Part shown: positions 37,087 to 40,817 of the stretch, one piece after another | How positions within the stretch are numbered: the first letter of the stretch is position 1 | Layout: every line of letters begins with the position of its first letter | DNA from: Octopus bimaculoides | Taxonomy: Eukaryota | Assembly: GCF_001194135.2 (NCBI RefSeq) | Contig: NC_068994.1 | Span: 58,704,831 to 58,745,647, forward strand | Length of the DNA stretch: 40,817 nt | Direction: 5' to 3' | Position numbers and translations under genes: made by a program | Notes under the pieces: generated by a model | Seen by the model: only the letters and a program-made list of their open reading frames with translations | Databases searched by the model: none | Told to the model about the DNA's origin: nothing

Positions 37087-37970
37087 TTATGGATATTGTG
37101 AACTAACCTGGTCAGAATCCAGGCAATGGAGACAGAGATTGTGCCAGCTGGTGGCGTAGGGCAGAACGATGTCACAGTTGAATGGGTTGCAGTAGACGTG
37201 GACACAGTTACGCTTTATCAGGAGGATGACATCTGGGGAGAGAATTCAAAAGGTTTTTATGACATGTCACGAGATTCATGGCAAAATGAAAAAGGGAGCA
37301 GAAATGGTTTTATTTTATGGCTGAGAAAAATGTCATCACAAGGGAAACAATGATGATGATGTCTATAAGACAATGGGAAATTATTTCTTGATGATGCTAA
37401 CGATGACGACAACGACGATGGATGATGCTAATGCCATTGATGACCACCACCACCACCACAACCCATACCAGCATCATCATCATCGTTACCATGACAACTA
37501 TCACTTCTGTACTTACAATGAGAACCACCACCACCACCACAACCACTATCATCCACCCCACCATCACCATCACTGCCTCCACTACTGTTACTGCATCAGG
37601 TACTTTTAATTTTGTTGTGGCTTAGACTATGACAGCATCATGATATTGGATGCTATGCAACATTACGACCCCTTATTGTGGTATGCCTGAGACTAATTGC
37701 ATCTGTTAACCCTTTCAGCATTTAAACCAGCCATATTCAACCCAAATAATCAATCTATTTGATGTTCAAACCAATCAGATCCATCCTCTCACACCTACCC
37801 TACAATGTCATTCTAAAAACAAAATAATCCCTATCAAACAAACCCAGCCAAAATTCAGAAAATATTGGATTAAAAAGGAAAAAGGAAAAAAAAAAATCAA
37901 ACAAAATTATAAAAGAATAAAAGATAAAATGTAAAATAGTTATTTACCATCAATAAGTTCATCAGGAAAT
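11626..37970 (-). CDS. DNAAF9: Multi-exon gene for a DNAAF9/C20orf194 (Shulin) homolog; 35 exons identified, 5' end not in window or not found, one internal segment missing
   Basis: Exons chain with GT-AG sites and matching phases. Translation gives motifs I recognise from human C20orf194: [115 protein letters not shown]. Confidence 0.92.
12192..12285 (-). CDS. DNAAF9: DNAAF9 exon: [31 protein letters not shown]
   Basis: ttcattacag acceptor, gtatcc donor, 94 nt, phase 0 to 1. Confidence 0.93.
12508..12573 (-). CDS. DNAAF9: DNAAF9 exon: [22 protein letters not shown]
   Basis: ctcttgcag acceptor, gtttgt donor, 66 nt, phase 0 to 0. Confidence 0.87.
12816..13003 (-). CDS. DNAAF9: DNAAF9 exon: [17 protein letters not shown]...[26 protein letters not shown]
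   Basis: catctctcag acceptor, gtaaag donor, 188 nt, phase 1 to 0; lies inside supplied ORF 12792..13046. Confidence 0.92.
13585..13785 (+). mobile_element. RTE-type 3' tail ending in (GAT)n
   Basis: GTGGTTGGTGATAGGAAGAGCATCCAGCTGTAGA...ACCCATGCC...ATGATGATG. Confidence 0.65.
13820..13894 (-). CDS. DNAAF9: DNAAF9 exon: [25 protein letters not shown]
   Basis: ttcaacag acceptor, gtaagt donor, 75 nt, phase 1 to 1. Confidence 0.93.
14781..14893 (-). CDS. DNAAF9: DNAAF9 exon: [37 protein letters not shown]
   Basis: atctttcag acceptor, gttggt donor, 113 nt, phase 2 to 1. Confidence 0.88.
15437..15523 (-). CDS. DNAAF9: DNAAF9 exon: [28 protein letters not shown](W)
   Basis: ctttcttcag acceptor, gtaagt donor, 87 nt, phase 2 to 2. 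Confidence 0.93.
15854..15918. repeat. 65-nt near-perfect inverted repeat with 32-bp arms
   Basis: AACCACTATCTGCACAGCTATCTTCTTCAGAA-G-TTCTGAAGAAGAGAGCTGTGTGGATAGTGGTT; three non-Watson-Crick positions. Confidence 0.9.
16300..16410 (+). mobile_element. Probable mariner transposase fragment (end of the DNA-binding region)
   Basis: [21 protein letters not shown] resembles the mariner motif G.CQRIL...L.MRR.AAKFVP. Confidence 0.45.
16840..17125 (+). mobile_element. SINE lacking its head
   Basis: CCTTGTGAGTGGATTTGG...TAACTTAGCGGTTCG...CCCAGCATGGCCACAGTC. Confidence 0.85.
17274..17368 (-). CDS. DNAAF9: DNAAF9 exon: [31 protein letters not shown](M)
   Basis: cactccag acceptor, gtaaga donor, 95 nt, phase 0 to 2. 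Confidence 0.85.
17580..17725 (-). mobile_element. SINE 5' half (tRNA-like head)
   Basis: Matches the head of the 1635-1984 copy. Confidence 0.8.
18057..18138 (-). CDS. DNAAF9: DNAAF9 exon: [27 protein letters not shown]
   Basis: ctcttgtag acceptor, gtaagt donor, 82 nt, phase 2 to 0. Confidence 0.92.
18571..18619 (-). CDS. DNAAF9: DNAAF9 exon: [16 protein letters not shown](R)
   Basis: cccttgttag acceptor, gtacag donor, 49 nt, phase 1 to 2. Confidence 0.9.
19644..19720 (-). CDS. DNAAF9: DNAAF9 exon: [25 protein letters not shown]
   Basis: ctatttacag acceptor, gtcagt donor, 77 nt, phase 2 to 1. Confidence 0.92.
19960..20118 (-). CDS. DNAAF9: DNAAF9 exon: [52 protein letters not shown](G)
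   Basis: ctctctacag acceptor, gtaagt donor, 159 nt, phase 2 to 2. Confidence 0.9.
20330..20935 (+). mobile_element. Decayed RTE-clade LINE 5' UTR and ORF start (AviRTE-like)
   Basis: CAGGAGAAAGAAAACCTTGA...CCATGGAAAAAAACTTTGGAAGTAAA...GACAACTCCTGCGATG...GCCACAAGTGAAACA aligns with an RTE 5' UTR consensus as I recall it. Confidence 0.55.
21131..21219 (-). CDS. DNAAF9: DNAAF9 exon (degenerate P-loop): [29 protein letters not shown]
   Basis: actttcag acceptor, gtgagt donor, 89 nt, phase 0 to 2. Confidence 0.9.
21350..21690 (-). mobile_element. Near full-length SINE, CpG-depleted
   Basis: Homologous to 1635-1984, with many CG replaced by TG/CA. Confidence 0.85.
21886..22018 (-). CDS. DNAAF9: DNAAF9 exon: [44 protein letters not shown]
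   Basis: gtgttacag acceptor, gtaagt donor, 133 nt, phase 2 to 0. Confidence 0.87.
22298..22480 (+). mobile_element. Short (TA)n-flanked element, probably a non-autonomous Penelope-like derivative
   Basis: About 180 bp bounded by (TA)n on both sides; carries a hammerhead-like motif. Confidence 0.55.
22343..22385 (+). ncRNA. Candidate minimal type-I hammerhead ribozyme variant (CUGUUGA core)
   Basis: TTT-CTGTTGA-A-GAGC-CTAG-GCTC-GAA-ATGT-A-AAA gives helix I, core, 4-bp helix II, GAAA, self-complementary helix III and a GUA site. Confidence 0.5.
22575..22673 (-). CDS. DNAAF9: DNAAF9 exon: [32 protein letters not shown]
   Basis: (CT)n-gcag acceptor, gtaaga donor, 99 nt, phase 2 to 2. Confidence 0.83.
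23288..23400 (+). mobile_element. tRNA-derived SINE head with Pol III A and B boxes
   Basis: TGGCTCAGTGGTTAGAGC (A box), GTGAGTTCTATTCC (B box), then TTCTTGAGCAAGACACTT; no tRNA acceptor stem. Confidence 0.75.
23524..23597 (-). CDS. DNAAF9: DNAAF9 exon: [24 protein letters not shown](L)
   Basis: ctgttccag acceptor, gtaaga donor, 74 nt, phase 0 to 2. Confidence 0.85.
23893..24042 (-). CDS. DNAAF9: DNAAF9 exon: [50 protein letters not shown]
   Basis: ctctttaacaag acceptor, gtttgt donor, 150 nt, phase 0 to 0. Confidence 0.85.
24095..24200 (-). mobile_element. SINE 5' head
   Basis: TTGCCCAAGGTGC...GGGACTGAAACCAGAACCATGTGGTTG...CCACACAGCCATG. Confidence 0.75.
24205..24430 (+). mobile_element. 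RTE-type 3' tail ending in (GAT)n
   Basis: GTGCCAGTGGCATGTAAAAGCACCCACTACACTCTC...GGACGTTAAACGATGATG. Confidence 0.85.
24432..24640 (+). repeat. Compound (CA)n/(TA)n microsatellite
   Basis: Directly visible. Confidence 0.95.
24768..24871 (-). CDS. DNAAF9: DNAAF9 exon: [35 protein letters not shown]
   Basis: cttttacag acceptor, gtaagt donor, 104 nt, phase 1 to 0. Confidence 0.87.
25107..25242 (-). CDS. DNAAF9: DNAAF9 exon: [45 protein letters not shown]
   Basis: catcttag acceptor, gtcagt donor, 136 nt, phase 0 to 1. Confidence 0.8.
25602..25648 (-). CDS. DNAAF9: DNAAF9 exon: [16 protein letters not shown]
   Basis: tctacag acceptor, gtaagt donor, 47 nt, phase 1 to 0; matches VLTAAVPRFCSW. 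Confidence 0.88.
26142..26317 (-). CDS. DNAAF9: DNAAF9 exon: [58 protein letters not shown]
   Basis: ccacacag acceptor (an alternative in-frame AG at 26251 would not fit the phase), gtaagt donor, 176 nt, phase 2 to 1. Confidence 0.85.
26616..26660 (-). CDS. DNAAF9: DNAAF9 exon: [14 protein letters not shown]
   Basis: catttcag acceptor, gtagga donor, 45 nt, phase 2 to 2. Confidence 0.75.
26790..27320 (+). mobile_element. R4/Dong-clade LINE internal fragment with internal deletions
   Basis: [62 protein letters not shown]. Confidence 0.8.
27352..27434 (-). CDS. DNAAF9: DNAAF9 exon: [27 protein letters not shown]
   Basis: gttttgcag acceptor, gtttgt donor, 83 nt, phase 0 to 2. Confidence 0.83.
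27620..28130 (-). mobile_element. Degenerate Tc1/mariner transposase, maT/DD37D-like
   Basis: [68 protein letters not shown]. Confidence 0.8.
28508..28592 (-). CDS. DNAAF9: DNAAF9 exon: [28 protein letters not shown]
   Basis: ccattgcag acceptor, gttggt donor, 85 nt, phase 2 to 0. Confidence 0.9.
29095..29400. other. CpG-rich intronic element with repeated ACGACG motifs and a palindrome; possible non-autonomous DNA transposon
   Basis: ACGACG/CGTCGT at about 29140, 29150, 29189, 29270 and 29361; TTTGAGGT-C-ACCTCAAA at 29341-29357. Confidence 0.4.
29653..29689 (-). CDS. DNAAF9: DNAAF9 micro-exon: [12 protein letters not shown](R)
   Basis: ctcttgcag acceptor, gtttga donor, 37 nt, phase 1 to 2; bridges the phases of its neighbours. 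Confidence 0.72.
30455..30530 (-). CDS. DNAAF9: DNAAF9 exon: [25 protein letters not shown]
   Basis: ctctccacag acceptor, gtatat donor, 76 nt, phase 0 to 1; matches VAQCVSPKGPLACSRTYF. Confidence 0.9.
31340..31545 (-). mobile_element. SINE 3' portion with Nin-like conserved domain
   Basis: Minus strand reads CCTTTCATCCTTTCAGCATTGATAAAATAAATACCAG; related fragments at 17420-17575 and 38020-38150. Confidence 0.55.
31570..32045 (+). mobile_element. RTE LINE 3' fragment with internally duplicated tail motif
   Basis: [25 protein letters not shown], then three copies of G(T/C)(G/C)..GTGGCA(T/C)(G/A)TAAA. Confidence 0.8.
32790..32950 (-). mobile_element. RTE-type 3' tail
   Basis: Reverse complement of the tail at 24280-24430. 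Confidence 0.85.
33055..33119 (-). CDS. DNAAF9: DNAAF9 exon: [21 protein letters not shown]
   Basis: ctcttgcag acceptor, gtaaag donor, 65 nt, phase 0 to 2. Confidence 0.86.
33290..33332 (-). CDS. DNAAF9: DNAAF9 exon: [14 protein letters not shown]
   Basis: tttcaacag acceptor, gtgagt donor, 43 nt, phase 2 to 0. Confidence 0.83.
33420..33830 (+). mobile_element. Two tandem SINE 3' halves
   Basis: TAACTTAGCGGTTCAGC...GAATAAATACCAGGC (33485-33620) and GTTCGGCAAAAAGAGACCGATAG...GACTGAAAAC (33700-33830). Confidence 0.8.
34050..34272. repeat. Short tandem TGAGTTACTC repeats with a 14-bp inverted copy
   Basis: TGAGTTACTC three times at 34051-34093; TTAAGAGTAACTCA at 34258-34271. Confidence 0.7.
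34288..34346 (-). CDS. DNAAF9: DNAAF9 exon: [19 protein letters not shown]
   Basis: ctttctgcag acceptor, gtaagt donor, 59 nt, phase 0 to 2; FEHQW motif. Confidence 0.9.
34644..34721 (-). CDS. DNAAF9: DNAAF9 exon: [26 protein letters not shown]
   Basis: tttttacag acceptor, gtgagt donor, 78 nt, phase 0 to 0. Confidence 0.88.
35130..36040 (+). mobile_element. Degenerate Penelope-like element, 3' part (RT C-terminus and GIY-YIG endonuclease)
   Basis: [21 protein letters not shown]...[24 protein letters not shown] resemble the PLE motif FTCTS.N.IY.I.C..C..LYIGQTGR.L..RF.EH. Confidence 0.75.
36164..36191 (-). CDS. DNAAF9: DNAAF9 micro-exon: QGFFTMLYQ
   Basis: ttattgcag acceptor, gtaagt donor, 28 nt, phase 2 to 0; GFFTM motif. 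Confidence 0.9.
36250..36400 (+). repeat. Compound (TG)n-based simple repeat
   Basis: Directly visible. Confidence 0.9.
36431..36509 (-). CDS. DNAAF9: DNAAF9 exon: [26 protein letters not shown]
   Basis: tttttgcag acceptor, gtcagt donor, 79 nt, phase 1 to 2. Confidence 0.92.
36882..36978 (-). CDS. DNAAF9: DNAAF9 exon: [32 protein letters not shown]
   Basis: ttccag acceptor, gtaagg donor, 97 nt, phase 0 to 1. Confidence 0.92.
37108..37232 (-). CDS. DNAAF9: DNAAF9 exon: [42 protein letters not shown]
   Basis: ccccag acceptor, gttagt donor, 125 nt, phase 1 to 0; strong motif match. Confidence 0.93.
37948..37970 (-). CDS. DNAAF9: DNAAF9 exon (most 5' found): FPDELID
   Basis: ctttttcag acceptor, gtaaat donor, 23 nt, phase 2 to 1; resembles human GFSEEVLDD. 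Confidence 0.75.
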
Positions 37971-39436
37971 CTGAAAAAGAAAAAGAAAAAAAAAAAATAA
38001 TAATAATAATAATAATAATAATCTTTTTTACTAAAGGCACAAGGCCTGAAANNNNNNNNNNCCTGTACATTGACCCCAGTACTTAACTGGTATTTATTTT
38101 ATTGACCCTGAAAGGATGAAAGACAAAGTTGACGTTGGCAGAATTTCTTTCTTTCTGCTGTCCCCAGGGGTTTCCTCACCTTTTCCCAAGTTTTATTTAC
38201 TCACCATCACTGCAAAATGGTCGAAATGCTACTTGGAAACTTTAGCCCTCATTGTGCCGCAACAGTAAATCCCTCACCTTCCAAATGCCCTATTTTACTG
38301 GACTCTCGTGCCAGTGGCACCAACGACGAGAGAATTCCATTCTTTTTCTATTTTCCCACTGGTTACTCCCACAGCTGAAACAAGCCACAGTCTTCATTCC
38401 AGGGCCCTGCTGCCCCCATCATCTGAGCAGACAACTCTCAAGAGACCTTTACTATCACAACACACGTCTGAATGACATCCTCTCTACTCCCACCAATGAT
38501 GTACAGCTCTGGGATAGCCCTGATGTTGTGGGCCACCTCCATGTTCACCGCCCCCCCCCCCCAATTGTATTTTTGTCCTAACCTCAACTAATCAATAATT
38601 TTGAGTGGAATTTGGGAGATGAACTGTGGACAAGGTTGCCATCAATATAAACATAAAAAATACCTTCTGGTATTCATTTAGTCCTCGTTACACAGACAGG
38701 CGATTGTTACTGAGACCATCGGAAGTGAACCAGGGACCAGGCTGTTGGAAACCAGGACCCATTCTTACTCTTCATGCTTCATAAAAATACATAAATCCTG
38801 GAATCAATACATTGGGCTGCTTCCTCCTTCCAAATGTTTGTATGTATGTATGTATGTATGTATTGCATGTGTATGTATGTAGGTAAGTGTGTATGTATGT
38901 GTGTGTGTGTAGGTATGTATGTATGCATCTATGTATGTATGTATGCACATAAGCATGTAACTGTGTGTCTGAATGCATGTCACAGTGACATATCAATCTC
39001 TCCCTTTCTCTCTCTTTCCCTTCCTCTCTTTTTCCCTTTCTCGCCCCCCCCTTCTCTCTATCCATTTCTCTCCCTTTCCCTTTCTCCCTCCCCACCCTCT
39101 TTCTACTCTGATTCCTTCCTCCTATCTGAGTTAAAGATTAAAGAATTAACAGTGATACACTGTAGAGGATTCTCTTATCTGTTGATAGTGAAACACAATT
39201 GATTCACCAACTGTTGACAAACTTGTTGAAGCTCTCACTCTATCTCTCATTCACGTTGTTGTTTTAACTTTCTATCACTCTGGTATTTAGTTTTCATGCT
39301 TGAAATGATGATGATGACGACAATGTTGATGATAATGAATGCAATGGTGATGATTCCATCTGAAATATTACACACACATATACATACATCTATGTGCATA
39401 TCCTCACACAAATACACATGCACACACTCATATAAA

Positions 39437-39498
<62 letters not shown>

Positions 39499-39502
39499 TA
39501 CA

Positions 39503-40250
39503 CATTATCATCGTTTAACGTCCGCTTTCCATGCTGGCATGGGTTGAACAATTCGACTGGGGCCTGGGAAGCCAGAAGGCTGCACCAGGCTCCAGTCTGA
39601 TCTGGTAGTGTTTCTACAGCTGGATGCCCTTCCTAATGCCATGTTCAGGTGGTGCTTTTTACGTGCCACCAGCACAGGGATCACGATTACAATTTCCATT
39701 TGAATGTGATTTGATTTTGATGTACTTGACTCAATAGGTCTCCTCAAGCATGGCATGTCACCCTACGATCCAAGGTACTTTTGAGTCAGCTGGTCATGCT
39801 TCACCACCTCATCCCATGTCTTCCTGGGTTTCCCCCTACCCCAGATTCCTTCAACTGTTTGGGTGTGGCACTTCTTCACACAGCTCTCCTCATCCATCCG
39901 TAGTACATGACCATACCAATGCAAACGTGTCTCTTGCACACTACATCTGATGCTTTTTATGTCCAACATTTCTCTCAGGGCGCTTACACTCTCTCGTGTG
40001 TGCACACTGACATTACGCATCCGGCAGATCATGCTAGCTTCATTTCTTTCAAGCCTACACATGTCTTCAGCAGTCACGGCCCATGTTTCACTCTCGTGAA
40101 GCACACATGCAGTTTGCACACATGCATCATATTGTCTACCTTTCACTCTGAGCAAGAGGCCCTTTGTCACCAGTATGGGTAGAAGCTTTCTGAGCTTTGC
40201 CCAGGCAATTCTTATTCAAGTGGTAACACTCTCTGAGCATCTACCCCCCA
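39503..40250 (-). mobile_element. RTE-clade LINE 3' fragment (RT C-terminus and tail)
   Basis: ORF 39763..40170: RVKGRQYDACV..CVLHESETW...RLERNEASM...RLHWYGHVLRMDEESCVKKC...GRGKPRKTWDEVV. Confidence 0.9.
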
Positions 40251-40633
40251 CTACAGACTTGGAATATATATATAAGATGGAATGCTGAAAAATTCCTGGT
40301 TTTAGAGGTATCACGAAAACCCTGGCTGGAGGCCTACCAGTCTTGAGTTCTTTTACAGGGCTTAGAAAAACCGAAGGACCACAGCAATAAGTGTGTGAAT
40401 CTGAGAGGGGAATATGTTGATTAAAATCCTAATTAACTGATCCTGCCATATTTTCTTTTACCCGAAACCAGCAACTTTTCCCCTCCCCCTCCACTATATA
40501 TTTATATACACACACACATCCACATAATGTACATATTTATTTATATACTGTATCTACTGCTCTATCCTTTAGCGTGTGTTTTTTTTTTCCGGATGTATGA
40601 TTCACTGACAATACATAATATACNNNNNNNNNN

Positions 40634-40817
40634 CACACAGCTCTCCTCATCCATCCGTAGTACATGACCATACCAATGCAAACGTGTCTCTTGCACACTA
40701 CATCTGATGCTTTTTATGTCCAACATTTCTCTCAGGGCGCTTACACTCTCTCGTGTGTGCACACTGACATTACGCATCCGGCAGATCATGCTAGCTTCAT
40801 TTCTTTCAAGCCTACAC
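40634..40817 (-). repeat. Exact 184-bp duplicate of 39877-40060, just after a 10-N gap
   Basis: Appears identical base for base. Confidence 0.9.

Noticed and set aside
38252-38581. 109-aa ORF with PTNDVQLWDSPDVV, faintly like an I-group LINE C-terminus
   Set aside because: Similarity too short to support.

Overview
Eukaryotic genomic DNA that is AT-rich and dense in microsatellites and SINEs, with 10 N-gaps. The repeat content looks like a coleoid cephalopod, most likely Octopus (inference). The main feature is one large minus-strand spliced gene. I assembled it by hand from 35 phase-compatible GT-AG exons (37970 down to the stop at 11626; 3135 coding nt, about 1044 codons). It matches DNAAF9/C20orf194 (Shulin, outer-arm dynein packaging factor) as I recall that protein. 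Its 5' exons lie beyond the right edge or were not found, and one internal segment between 30531 and 33054 is missing. Introns and the left 11 kb contain tRNA-derived SINEs, R4/Dong-clade and RTE LINE fragments, a Penelope-like (GIY-YIG) remnant and Tc1/mariner remnants. The most unusual signal is a set of four minimal hammerhead-ribozyme-like motifs of the Penelope type. The best preserved (22343-22385) has a non-canonical CUGUUGA core; the others are decayed. There is also a 32-bp intronic hairpin and a CpG-rich element with ACGACG repeats. All homology calls come from remembered family motifs; no database search was run. Nearly all ORFs in the supplied track are microsatellite or N-gap artefacts.
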